Source: the human T2T-CHM13v2.0 reference genome, Homo sapiens
Assembly (NCBI RefSeq): GCF_009914755.1
Contig: NC_060947.1
Direction: 5' to 3' (one strand)
Length of the DNA stretch: 64,000 nt
Under the pieces are notes generated by a model. The model was not told the origin of the DNA and did not search any database. It worked only from the letters and a program-made list of their open reading frames with translations. The translations under genes and the position numbers were made by a program. Shown here piece by piece: positions 34,255-51,121 of this stretch; position 1 is the stretch's first letter; every line of letters begins with the position of its first letter.

Positions 34255-35366
34255 TTACAAGTGGACAACATCAGCATGTAAATGGGACCAAAAAAAGTCA
34301 CACCTGATCCCATTTCTTTTCCAAAAGGAATCTAAAACCACCGGATGCCTTATCTTACAGGCCTGCTTGTAAAATTCATGCTCCAATAGTAATCACGTGC
34401 ACTATACCACGTGCTCTGTTTCTGAAACTTATGTCTCAGGTGGGGAGCTCTGTCAGGGTCCTGGGGAAGCCTGGGCCCCCAAGCTGCAGGTTGGGGACTT
34501 CTGCAGAGGGCGCCCAGGGGAAAGCTTTGCCTCCTGGGCCCTTTTCTCCCTCTCCTAGGAACTCCAACTGGAATAGGAAGAGAGTCTGTAGGCCTGTTCC
34601 TTCTAGAAGAGCTAGCAGGAAGGAGACTAAGGCTGTAAGGTGGGGGACCAAGGGCCTGTCCTGAGTCTAGGTCACGGTTTCTCAAACCACAATGCCATAG
34701 GTCTGGAGGGATGGGCAGCTTGGAGTGCACTCAAGGGTACAGGATAACCTTGGCAACATTTCCAAGGCCAAGATCCTTTTAAAACATTTTTAGGGTGGTG
34801 ATTTCATTATACTATTCAAACCAACGTGGCAATAAAACTATGTAATTTCAGGAACTTTTAAGCCAAATCAGGAGACTTCAGTACATAAATGGGACAGAAG
34901 GAAGTAGAATTCCATCCCACTTCTTTTCCGTTTGTGGCAAGAAACTTTTGCCCCATATTAACTGGCATACAACTTCACGTTCCTCCATCATTAGGGAAAC
35001 TCTGCTTGGGAAGTATGGGAGGTATTGACTCCAGCAAAAAGATTACTGGTGGTCCATGGAACATCGACCCAGATCAGAAGGAGTCACCCAGAAGGTTACA
35101 GCTCAAAGTCCCAGCAGGTAATGAAGAACATACACTTTCTTGCCTGGCCTTGCCTTGCCTTCTGGCCCACTGCCTCAATGGCTGAGTGGGGCCTGGGGCC
35201 GGCCGGTTGAGGCATAGGGAGATTTCTAGCTGTCCTCCTTAGAAACACAACCCACAGGCGTGATTAGAAGTCATCTTGCTACCTGGGCGATTTTCAGGCA
35301 AGCATTTTACAAATTGACATTTACATTTAATTTCAGAATTAAAATTCTGAAAATGTTAATACTTAC

Positions 35367-35390
35367 TGTGTTTTTTTGAGTTACCATGTC
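35367..35390 (-). CDS. MAP3K15: MAP3K15 coding exon 3, 24-nt micro-exon (DMVTQKNT)
   Basis: ttctttttcttttcag|GACATGGTAACTCAAAAAAACACA|gtaagt: strong pyrimidine tract, consensus donor, phase 0/0. Supplies the peptide between SLK and ASSGNYY. Confidence 0.93.
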
Positions 35391-36784
35391 CTGAAAAGAA
35401 AAAGAAAAGATGAATATAGCTTTTTGTAAAACAGCTAATTTCCATAAGCATTAGCCAGCACTCCCCTCTATAAAAGAAATTAATCATGTAAGAATTAATC
35501 ACATAAAAGCACCCACCTTAGAGCAAGAATTAATCATGTGAAACCTCCCTCTCCAAAAGCTTCAAACACAATGAACCTCTGAATTGCAACATTGATATTC
35601 CAAAGAAAATTGATCACCACTGGTTAGTCTCTGGAACTATTAGGGGGCATTTATAAGGATTTCCCCAGAACAGGGCCAATGCTTTTGCCCAAAAGATATT
35701 TTGAGCTTCAAGTTTGGGGTGCTGAGTGCCCTGCATCTTGCCTTCCCAGAAAAGAATGTCGGCGATAGCAAGAAAGGGCCCAGAAGGCACCGTGCTATCC
35801 CCGGATCTGGAACCACTTCCTGAATCAATCAATGTGAAGGCCACACCACAGTCAGCCTTCCTACAGAAGGGGTGTTGGTAGTAGAATTCCTGACACCCTG
35901 CTACAACTGTCTAGGAATGTTCAAATTCAATGACAACAATTCTAGTCAGTAAATTTAGTATGATAATTAGGCAGCCTTTGACTGTCTCATTTACGCACCA
36001 ACATTTCTGGGGGTGGGGGGGGGGAAGGGCGGAGAAAACACCATAACTAAACAGCTGCCCTGTAAAACATGTTTTATATATTCTCAGATTTTTATTTCCT
36101 GATAACAAGTGCAAACTGCTTCTTCTGGTGTTAAATATAACTGACTACCCATTTCCATTTTAGGAAATATTTTTCTGTATTATTAAAAATTAAAACATCT
36201 AGTCCATTGAACTTTCCAGAGGGCTTTGCTAAGGCACAGTTGAAGAAACTGTCCTAAATTGAAAAAAAAATTCTAATTTCATGTTTTTCATCAAAATATA
36301 GGTTAATAATCTATATCTTTCATACTTGCTAAGTTCTAAATATTCCTAAGCATAGCTACCTTGGTGAAAATCAGTAAAAGAAAAGGTCAATATCTAACTA
36401 TCTAATGTAATTCACATTGGTTTATAGCCCTGGGGAAACTATTCTACAATGTAAAGTACACTAATAAAAGTTTCTTCTTTCACTGTCATACAAATGACTT
36501 ATTAAAATACAGTATTTTGCCATAATTACTGAGTACATATCTATGTAAAGTATATATGATGTTTAGCACATACAAGTTACACATCTCAAGCAGGTGGTAT
36601 TTCTACCAGGAAATAATCTCAAATCCTTACACAACCCAGAAAATCTAGTTAATATTAAATCTCAAGAAACACAATGAAAATGTCCAACTTTGGCATAAAA
36701 TTGTACTACTATCTACCAGTGATTTTTAATACTGAGGGAACTGAACCTTTAGAAATGATGTCTGTGAAGGCTGACTCTCCAAAC

Positions 36785-36958
36785 CATTGGTTCTCACCCA
36801 TGGTTGCACATTTGGGAGGTTAAAAAAATCTCCGTGCCTTGGTCCCAACCCCCATCCCCGAGACTGTGATGTAATTGGTCTGGGGTGGGGCCTAGGCATG
36901 GGGATATTTACAAGCTCTCCCAGTAATTCTGAAGTGCACTCAAGGCCGAGAAGCACTG
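36785..36958. mobile_element. MER5-family hAT element
   Basis: cattggttctcacc...ggtctggggtggggcctaggcat...aagctctcccagtaattctga...gagaagcactg. Confidence 0.7.
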
Positions 36959-37323
36959 CTATAAACAAACTAATTCATTATTCCTAAAATGATTTAACAT
37001 AGGCCAGGATTTTCTGACTAAAATATTCAACAATATCAATATCCACTGAATTTTGGAATAACTCATGTTAAACATTTCCACTATACAAATGCAAGCATTT
37101 TTTAAAAAAATACTATGTTACCCAAAAAAGCTTGTCTCAAACTTGCAAAAATACATTTTAGAAATTCTCAACCATGATTGAGTTGTGCAGGAACACACAC
37201 GTTTTCAGTTTTGCTTTGCTTTCAGACTGGGGGAAAATAACATCAAAGACTAATTGTGTCTATACTAAAATATTCTGTCCATTTCGGTAACTGTTCAATG
37301 TCTTCATATTATTATCCAAGTTG

Positions 37324-37425
37324 AGAACTGATTTTTATGTGTAGGTTTGGATCCAATTGCTCATGAAGGAATTCAGAACTGATTTTTATGTGTAGGTTTG
37401 GATCCAATTGCTCATGAAGGAATTC
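37324..37425 (+). repeat. Perfect 51-bp tandem duplication
   Basis: agaactgatttttatgtgtaggtttggatccaattgctcatgaaggaattc at 37324-37374 and 37375-37425. Confidence 0.97.
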
Positions 37426-37712
37426 GGGACAGTGTGTTTGCTTCAATGGAAACTAATAGGAGTGTTTGCCTCCACTTCCCTAACGAGCCCGGAAATGCCC
37501 AAGTTGCCTGCAAACGTACGACTGTAGCACAGATGCTCACGAAGTAGCCAGGAAGTCATCTGTGTGAACTAGAATCTGTGGTGGGAAGGAAAGAATTGCA
37601 CAAGCAAGTCTTTGTTTTTCTCCAACTTCCTGTGCTACTGTGGCATTTCAGCTAGACATATAATTCTGCTTTCCCAAAACAAAGTACTCAGGAGAAGGTG
37701 AATACACTGTAC

Positions 37713-37852
37713 CTTCAAAGAGAGAGCAGTGTCGGCATCGGTGTCATGGTACAAGATCACATTATTGGCCATGTCAAAGCTTTCTCGGACTCCAAGATGG
37801 TAGAAGAGGGAAGGCTGTCTGGAGACATCGCTCATGTCTACCACAGCAACAT
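37713..37852 (-). CDS. MAP3K15: MAP3K15 coding exon 2 (140 nt)
   Basis: Acceptor cattgcag|AT completes the G|AT (Asp) codon from exon 1. Encodes [47 protein letters not shown]. Donor AAG|gtacag, phase 0. Confidence 0.96.
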
Positions 37853-38334
37853 CTGCAATGAACAAGGAGAGGACAGGATTAGGGGAGATGATCTGTCTAC
37901 TTCATCTACTCACTGGTGATCACCAGTGAGGAGCTATAGCAATGTGTATTTCTGTCATCAGCCTGTTAGGTAAAGTAAGGAATGATTTGATTAAAATTAC
38001 CCTATGAACTGTGGAAGAAATGCAGTAAGAATTTTTTTTAATCCTCTTTCTTCTTCAAAGTGCTGGGAATGTAACCTCACTTAGAACTTGCTGATGGATT
38101 TTTAATGTTATTTTTGTTATGACATATCACACATCTGAAGAATATATTTAGCTTATATATGAGGCATAAAGTATAATGCAACGAAAAACCATGTACCTTC
38201 TGTGCAGCCCAAGTCAGAGGGTTACCTGCACTCAGGGTCCCATGTGCCCCTCCCTGATCACATCTCCTCCCTCCTGCCCAGAGAGCATTTCTGTCCGGAT
38301 CTATGTATTTGTCAGTTCCACGCACGTGTGTGTG

Positions 38335-38998
<664 letters not shown>

Positions 38999-39022
38999 AT
39001 ACGTACAGGCATGTATAGGCAT

Positions 39023-39025
<3 letters not shown>

Positions 39026-39070
<45 letters not shown>
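39026..39070 (+). repeat. (CA)n microsatellite
   Basis: About 22 CA units. Confidence 0.97.
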
Positions 39071-39074
<4 letters not shown>

Positions 39075-39350
39075 TACAAAAATTCCTTAACAGTATATTG
39101 CTCAGTTTTGCATGTCTTTGAACTTCATATAAATGGTATTGCATTGTATGTATTCTTCAGCTTGCTATTTTTTGGTGGCATTCAACCAATTTGTGCGTTT
39201 AGCTCCAGTTCATACGTTTTCGCTTCTGTATAGAATTCTGTTGTGACAGATTTTTATTCATTTCCTATTTCACACTGCTGCAATAAACAGTCCTGTCATA
39301 GCTCCTGGCTCACATGTCTACCATCAACTTAACAACATATAACGTGCCCT

Positions 39351-39657
<307 letters not shown>

Positions 39658-40572
39658 AAAATGCACCCTGGAGTTGCACCCTGTAATAGAGACCTATTCA
39701 AAACAGAGGAGCAACTTATTACATGAATAATGAGCATGTTTAAATTACGCTTAGTAGTATGGGGCACCGTTTTAAAACTCAAAACATTCTAGAGGATGTA
39801 AGAGTTCCAAGTTTGATGGGAGCTTCCTTACCATGTGCAGTGGAGATATAGGAATGTAGTGTCCAAACTCATGCTCGCACTGCTGTGACTTCTAGAAAGT
39901 CACTCAAAATCCCGATGGGACACAACAGAGGCCAGTTGAACAAGGGCGTGAAGAAACATGAAGGCAGGCAGGCAGCATATCAGCACCAGACACCGCTAGC
40001 TCTGTAGAGAGGCGCTGGGAACCTGAGGCCAAGTGCCACTAAGCCCCAGAGTGGGCCCTTTATTCTCTTATTTATGGATTGCCTGCTGTATGGCAGGATT
40101 CTGATGGGTGCCAGGGATAGAAGTGTCAACAGGGCATAATCACTTTCCTCAAAAGAAAAAACCAACTACAATACAATGTGGGTAACCAGAAGGAAGGGGA
40201 TGGTTAGGATCACCATGAGGGCAGCCAAAATAAGGGAAACAGTGAACAGAGCACCCCCAGGAGGGCACATAATCCACACCTGAGCGGAGGGCAATCACAG
40301 AATGCCTGGAGGAAGGGATACTGTCCATGACCTGAGGCTCTGTAAGAGTCAGGCAGGCAAATGGGATGAGGATATGGGGGATCAAAGGGAAGGAAAGAGC
40401 GGTGCATTAACAGAAGCCAGCTAGTGCAAGGGGCCAGCAGCAAGCCAGGGTGTAAGTGTGAAGGCCACCCACATATCACTTCCTGGGGCCACAATACCCC
40501 AGAAAACGAGCCTGGAGGTGGAGGGCTGGACCTTCCTTGAGGCAATGGGAAACCTATGGTTGGGTTTTTTAA

Positions 40573-41009
<437 letters not shown>

Positions 41010-41568
41010 TCTTTAAAACTTTTTATTATGCAGAACTACAAATATACATAAAAAGTAGACAGAATAGTATAATGAAATCTCCATACCTCCCACCTCAACA
41101 ACGATCAACTCAAGGCCGGCTTTGTTTCATCTTTACTACCATCCGCAACATCCACCCCTCCCTCCCTGTGTTATTTTAAAATAAATCCCACCAGACACCA
41201 CGTTGTTTTATCCCCCAATATTTCAGGATATATCACTAAAAGATGAGAACTCAAAGAAAAAAATAACCATAGTATCAATGTCTCACCTAAAAATATTTTT
41301 AAATAATCAAGAGAGTTTTTTAGCAGGAGACTCTCAGAGTCAAATTTACCCTTTAGAGGTCATCTACTAATGAAAGGATGCACGTCTATACTGAGGAAAC
41401 ACTCTACAACCCAGCCTCATCAATTTCTCTCAAATGGGTAATTCCACTCCCCAAAGACATTTGCTTAGAGTCAAGATAATGCGCCACTGCAGCTGAGTAA
41501 ATTAGACATTCTGCCTATAGGATTGCTTCCTGGACTCTTACTTATCTACATTAAAAATTATATGTTTC

Positions 41569-41856
<288 letters not shown>

Positions 41857-43828
41857 GATTTTTTTTAAAATTACATGTTTCATAGTGATGTTATGAAAAA
41901 GTAGCAACATAGATATTAATTCCAAGGCCATGGTGACTGTTATAATTAGTTAATAAAGGCAAGGAAGCAAATAGAAACAGACAAAGGGGAATAGCGGAAC
42001 GGGGCAGAAGGGAGGATAGGGACAGTAGTCCCGAAGTCACACAGCCCATTTTCACAGGCAACCTTGAACGTGGCAGAGGAACTTGTTGCCAAGATTCCAT
42101 TTTGATCAAGTGACATGAAGTCCTCCCTTCTTTGCCTTCTCAACATTCTGTGCTGGGACCCACCGGCCTACCAAGGATTGGGAGAGACTTTTCACTGTCA
42201 ATGAAAACAGGACATATTAATACTGCTACTCAAAAAAAAAAAAAAAAAAAATTCTGAGCAATTCATGTTCAATAGGAAAACTGCCTCGAATCTAAAGTTG
42301 GAATTTTTGCCTGACATTTGTCACTCAGGCCAGTAGACTAAGTTCACTTTGAGGATTTATACCAAAATAGTATGCAACTGGCTTATTTTCAGAATTCCTA
42401 AAACACGAATTTAGCATCTGATTTATAAATTGTTAATTGTAATAAAACACCAGATTGGAACTTTTATTCTATACAAAGAAAAAAGGGCTTTATCCCTAAA
42501 GAGAGCACCAGTTACCTAAAACCTTTCATCATCACCGTGGTCACATGCTTTGCCATTTACAAAACACTTCCACAGACTTCTCAGTTGAATTTCAGAACCC
42601 CAGCAGGCAGGCAGGGCAAGCACTGGCTTCACTAAGCAGGTAGAAAAATGAAGTGCAAAGAGGTTAACAGACTCGCCCAAGGTCGCTCAAGTACAGCATG
42701 AACAAGTCAGGGCTCAAAATCAGCTTTTCCAACCCCAAGTCCTGTGTTCCCCGATGCCCTCATGAGGCTTAGTACATTCCTGACACACTGTGTAAAACTG
42801 AGCTACCTGGGGGCAAAACAAATTTATATATCAGGCTAAATCTTAAGCAAAAAGATCACAGATAAAAAGGAAGAGATAAAATTCAGATTTTCATTCCCAA
42901 ATACACCCTGTGCTCCTAGCAACCATTACCTTTCAGTTCCTACTGACGCAGGCCAGCTTCAGGGAAAAAAAAAACACATATCATATAAACCATCTTTTCT
43001 GACCCTGAGGCAGGCACACACACCCACCCTACCTATCTTGGTTTAGCAAACTTTAAGAAGTGATACCAGGCATGGTGGCGTGTGCCTGAAGTCCCAGCTA
43101 CTCTGGAGGCTGAGGCAAGAGGAGCACTTGAACCTAGAAGTTCAAGTCCAGTCTGGGCAACATAATGAGACTCTGTCTTTTTAAGAGAGAGAGAGAGGAG
43201 GAGGGAGAGAGATACTACATCAAGGATTTGCAAAAAGCCAAGGTTCCAGTTGAAATCTATGCTTAGCAGGAAAGTGTAATTTAAAAACCAGTTACAATGA
43301 CCTCAAGCAGGAGGTCAATTACAAGGACCTTGAAACACGCTAGTGTTAAATAAGAAAGATGATGCATAGGACTTTAGTTCGTTGAAAACTTTTGAACACT
43401 ATCTTGAATACTATTTTTGCTAAATGTTTTATGGGTAATACATAAAACTATAATTTTCTAGTGTGGTTTAAAAGTATCTGATTTCTGAAGCAAAGCATTA
43501 GTCAACAAAGTGATATGATGGCAAATGATTTACCATATAGTAATTCTGTGACTGTACTGGCTCATACCAGTCTTTAAATATATACCAGGTTATCCTTAAG
43601 TCTATCTAACTCCCTGCAGAAAAAAAAGAAATTATGAAAGTAAGTAAGACTGGCTTTGTCAAAATGAAAAGCGCTAGACTTCAGAATAAGTTTTTGGCCA
43701 AAGACTTCAAAACAAAAATTGGATTGGACATATGACAACACTAGCTACCTAAAAGCTACCTTTAAAAAAAAAAAAAGCCCAGATATACTGGACAGAAGGC
43801 ACCTCTCCTAACTCCTACCATAATTTAG

Positions 43829-44195
<367 letters not shown>

Positions 44196-44728
44196 TTGAA
44201 GTGTCACTTAAATCTTATTTTCCAATCTCATAAGAAGGAGCCAATATACCAATTCAGTGTTAGGACATCAGCAAGTCCTTACCAAGTGTCATAGTGAGTG
44301 GTACTCGTTGCCTGGGGGATCGAGTTTTAACTAGGAGGAAGGAGGGGAGGCGTGAGGACATCAGGAAACTACCTGGCCTATCTTTTGCTTCCCAGTATCA
44401 AATTTTTTTGTAAGAATGACTGAAAGTAAATCTTTTGTTTTTTTTTCAACTATGTAAGTGTGATTGAGATGTGTCTACTACCAGTTTTTCCAAAAGAAAT
44501 GCAGCACATATATGCCAACTACGTTTTACTCACTGAGGTGAATGGGCTCAATGGGCTTAATTTGAGACCACTCAAAGTGAAATATTTGCAATATACATTA
44601 TAGCATGAGTTAAGCCACTTCATCTTTTGCAAATACATATTGTTCTTCCATCTGACAATACAGAAAAATATGCAGCATGATACTGCAAGCTAGACTGCAT
44701 TCATCACTTTAAATGCTATCAATATTGT

Positions 44729-45315
<587 letters not shown>

Positions 45316-45956
45316 TAAAGGGAACGCTTTAACATGACTCTCTGTAGCAAAATTTTTGGAGACACATTCTGAGAAGCCTTTTCTGACCAGCAGATAGCAA
45401 CCTCTTCTTTCAAAAGGTCTGTGTCACACATCACCTTCAAACTGTGCGCAATTCTAGAGTGGTGCAGAGTTTGATGTACTCCAGCCACACGCTGCAGACC
45501 CTGACAAGGGCACCGCTGAGCTTTCCTGTTACTGTGACAAAAATCACAGTAAGTAGCCCCTGCATTTCTTAATTAGGTCTTGTTAAAATGAATGTCAGCC
45601 GGCTCGAGGGAACCATCGCTTTTACATATACTCCTCCCACAATAATACACTCTTTCCTTAACAAAATCAACAGCTCCTTAAAGATCATCACTAAGCATCC
45701 GGACTTCTGCCTGGCTGCTGATTTCACCCATTCTGTGCTCTACGTTTCCTCAGCAGTATCTGTCCCCTACGCTTCCTCAGCAGTATCTGTCCCCATAGCC
45801 TGTGGGAGTGGTGACTCATTGCTAGATACAGGGGCCATGTTGCTTGGAACTTGCCCCTTCTAATTTCCTTTTTTTCATGTACCAATTTCCTTTTTCGTAG
45901 GTGGTCCTTTGAGAAGGGATGTGCAGAGTTTATGATCTGCATCAAGCACTCCATAG

Positions 45957-46346
<390 letters not shown>

Positions 46347-47674
46347 CAGATAACACATTTTTAAAATAAACTCATCTAACAAGTCTTAAAACTTTAGCCT
46401 TGTGAGAGCCAATGACAATCATTGTGAACATCAAAATGGTCTTTGCTTCCAGCTCAACCAAAATATTTGGTGGGATTTACTGGAGACCAATGAAGCACTT
46501 TTACAATATCAACAATTTTCATTTCCTTTTTGTCCCATTTATTCTACATTTCTTTTACTCTCAATATTAATGGCCATACAAGGTATCTTGTATGGCTAGA
46601 ACTGGGCTGATGCAACATGGCTGGCATTAGGATATCCTGGTGCATTAGTAAGCATTGTCGATAAGATGCAGAGATATTTTATTATATTCTGATTACTACT
46701 ACTACATGACAAAACACCTCAAAATCAAGTGGCACAAGTTTGCGTTCCTCTGCACAGGACAAGGAATGGGGTTAGGATGCAATCTTCAACCTCAGAATTT
46801 TGAAAACTTTCCTTACAACCTGCAGGCATATAAAGCAACCCCACTACATGATAACTGCCCAAGGGATCTGAGCCCTGCATTTTTTATTTAACTAAATAAC
46901 TTTGCTGCTTTTAAATAATGTATAAAAAGAATATATACTAACAAGTGAAATGTGATAAATGGAAATGTATACTGATCGATACCATTAATTTAAACATAAA
47001 AGCAAGCTTTGGCATGTATCATATATTTCCTAATGTAGTTATTCCAATAAACTAGTTTAAATTATGGAAACATTAACTTAATACTTTGTGAAAAAGTTCA
47101 CACACCGGGTTTCAGCAATTTATTATTTCACAAAGCACATTTCATTCTACACTGGGGTTCTGGTATGTTTATTGATGGGGGTCAAGGGGAGTGGTGCAGG
47201 TGGGGGAGGGTGCTGACATTTACTGAACACTTACTAAGTTCAAGGCACAGACTTTGAATCTCTACACAGGGGTCTTTTTAAATGAGGCTCAGAGATATTA
47301 AGTAAGTTATCCAGGCTCACACAGCCAATAAACGAGAAGATAGAAATCCAAACTCAGACCTATAAAGCAAATGGTCTTTCTCCGTCACCACCTGTATCAC
47401 CAGGGCCAGTGTGACACAATGATAGAAGACATGTTTAGAAGGTTTCATTATAGGTCTCTGGTGGGAGTTTTTGCTCCGGAAGGCAGAAAGGCCACTGCAT
47501 CAAGGATAACCTGCACTTCCTGTACTTTCCTGGATAATGAGACGAAAAGGAGGCAGTAGTGGTCCTGCCTTCTGGACTCAAAGTGCCTGGGGGCACTCAT
47601 CGTGGGGCAAGACTGGCATCCCACGTGTTCAAGGCATCAGGCTCGGTTTGTCAAGAGGAACTGTGTCAAACTTC

Positions 47675-48840
47675 ATTTGAGATGAATCACAGATCTAAAT
47701 GTAAAAGCCGAAACAAAGTTTTTGGAAGAACACATAAAAGAGTTCCTGCACAACTGCAACCTGGAAGGTTCCTTAGGCAAGATAGAGCAGGCAACCATAA
47801 AAGAATAATATTCTAGATTAGACTTCTTCAAAACGAAGAGCTTCTGCTCATCAAAAGCCACCATTATGTACATGGAGAAGCTAGCCACAGTCTGGGAGCA
47901 AATATTCACAAAATATATGACAAAGCACTTAAATCCAAAACATAAAAACCTCTCATAATTCAATAATAAGATGACAGACAACCCAATTAAATGGGTCAAT
48001 GGCTAGAATGGACACCTCACAAAGGAAGATATCTGCATGTCCAAAAAGCACATGGAGAAGTACTCAACATCATTAATCATGAGGGAAAGGCAAATTAAAA
48101 CCATGAGGAGAAACCACCACAACCCTTATGAGAAGAACCACAATTGACACGATTGGTAATACAGTGTTGGTGACGATGTGAAGCCACTGAAACTGTCACA
48201 CATTGGTGCTAAGAATATAAAATGGTACAACCACTTCAGAAAAAGGGTTGGAAGTTTCTGATATACTTCAACACACACTTAACCCTTTGATCCAGCCATT
48301 CTACTCATAGGTATTTACTCAAGAGGAATAAAAACACTGGTCGACAAAAAGTCACAAAGACTTGCAAATTGCAAATGTTCAGAGCTGCTTTGGTTGTTAA
48401 CAACTCCAAACTAGAAGCAACCCAAACGTTCATCAATAGGAGAATGCCTAAACTAACCGGTATATTCTTACAATAAAATTGTATAATATTAGAAAGGAAC
48501 AAACTACAAATACATATAACTGTATGGACGAATCTCAAAATCATCATGCTGAGTGAACAAAGCCAGACACCAAAGAATACATATTGTATGAGACCATTTA
48601 GATGAAGCTCTAGGAAAGGCAGATCTAATCTACAGAGATGACAGCAGATCAGTCATAGCCTTATAGGGGTAAAGGTAGGATTGAGGGAGAGGGGACATGA
48701 TGGAACTTTCTGGAAAAACAGAAATGTTCTCTATATTGCGATGGGGGTTGCATTAGACAGGTTTAGTCATTTTTTAAAGTTGTACAGCTGAGATTTGTAT
48801 ATCACAATGCCTATACATTTTACATTTAATATGTTTAAAA
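47675..48840 (+). mobile_element. Old L1M (L1MD/ME-like) ORF2 end and 3' UTR
   Basis: Degenerate L1 text: cacagatctaaatgtaaaagc, ggacacctcacaaaggaagatat, catcatgctgagtgaacaaagccagacac. Confidence 0.75.
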
Positions 48841-48849
48841 AGAATAATT

Positions 48850-49167
<318 letters not shown>

Positions 49168-50668
49168 TCAAGTATGAGGTAGGGAATGGATAGAGGTAAA
49201 GAAGAAATGAGAACAGCAGGATGTTAATAATTGTCAGAGCTGGGTAATGTACATGCTTGAAATTTTCCATGATAAAATAATTTAAGAGGGAAAGTTATCT
49301 ACATCGAATGCTCCTGTCTCTCTCTACCTTCTCTTTCCCCTCCCTATCTGTGTCCAGTTCTGCCTGGCCCCTGGGATGGCCTGCCACAAACCCCAATTCC
49401 TGAATGAGCTCTACTTCCTGCCAGGACTCACCCACTACTCAACTCCCTTCTGCTCCCCAACCACTCTCCCTCCCCAAACCAAGCCCCAACAACCGCCAGG
49501 CATTTCTGCCAGTCCCATCACATGCAATTGCCAAAACCTGTGCAAGTTACTGGGAAACAAGAATTTTGCCAGCCTGCTTTACAGAAAGTTCAGTCCTATT
49601 CCAACCATGTTATTTGGCCGGGATTGAAACAGCACCTATTTCAAAGCCAGATACATAGAAGACTTTTAAAACAGTTTATGGCTCGTATTCCAAAACTACG
49701 TTTGGAAGTTCACTGCAGGGAACTGAAAATACATTTTGTCCTAGTAACAGATAATAACACAGCCAGTAAGGTAGCAGACCAGCCCACGGATATCTACTCT
49801 AAAATGCACTCAAGGCTCAAACAGCAATGTCTCCATTAAATGCTGCAGGTGAAATGCTTCTTTCAAAGTTGGCCCACATAACTAACGTGAGGAAAGTTCC
49901 AGGCTCAATTCTGAGTCAGTAGCACTAACAGCAGCATGGAAACGAAGGAAGCTCAGGGAAGGGCCCCTATGGACAAGCCAACAGCCAAATCCAACAGAAG
50001 ACAGCTGAGGTCCAGCCATGGACTTCTGCAGCCGGGGGTCCCTGGGAGCACTCATGGTTGTCTAGCCTGAGCACGCCTGGCCACTCTCTCCAGCAGGGAG
50101 GGAGAAAGGGAGAAGGCTTCTGAGTTACAACGCCATCTTTAATCGCCTACTGTACTTAAAGTAAAAATCGTACTTATATTCTAGAAAATAACATACAGTA
50201 TAGAAAATATGGACAAACCAGAAGAAAAAGAACCGGTATTCCATTCCCAGCAATAACTGAAACCACTACTTCCATCCCAGCATGTCCAGTTTGAGTTCTT
50301 CTAGTCTCTTCTGTCAGATATGCACCACTGAAGAGAAAGGTTCAGACCTAGAAATCTGTCATTAGGATGGATGTTACTTCTTAATAAAATCGTAAGTGCA
50401 CTCTATCTATGGCCTGACTACCATTTTCAACATGCCACTGGAAACTGCATTCTAAATTTCTTTTGAGGGCACCACATAAGATCTGCTTTATCTCAACAGG
50501 AGAAGCCAGCTGTCATCTGTGCCCACTGATGATTATTTTTAACAGGAGCTGGGTAGATATTCGTAGCAATCACTCAAACAGTGGCAAAGAAAACTATACC
50601 TGGCTCCCGGCCATTGAAGAGTTCGCTGTCTGGCAGAAGATCAATCATTAAATCAATAATTATTTAAG

Positions 50669-50950
<282 letters not shown>

Positions 50951-51121
50951 AGTAATAATTATTATTTAATCACAATTGTTTTGCCTGTGAGGAAAGAAAA
51001 CCTCAGCATACAAAAGCCAACAGGGAGAAGGAGGGGAGTCCATGCAGGCTCCCTTGAAGAACTTGGATATGAAAGCTGAACAGGTATTGATCAGAGGAAG
51101 ACTACAGGTGGGGGTGGGGAC

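Noticed and set aside
37324-37425. CRISPR-like array or vector polylinker contamination
   Set aside because: Only two adjacent copies with no spacer, a eukaryotic intron context and no vector backbone.
49860-49925. Weak tRNA/B-box-like sequence (gttccaggctcaattct)
   Set aside because: No cloverleaf or convincing A box.
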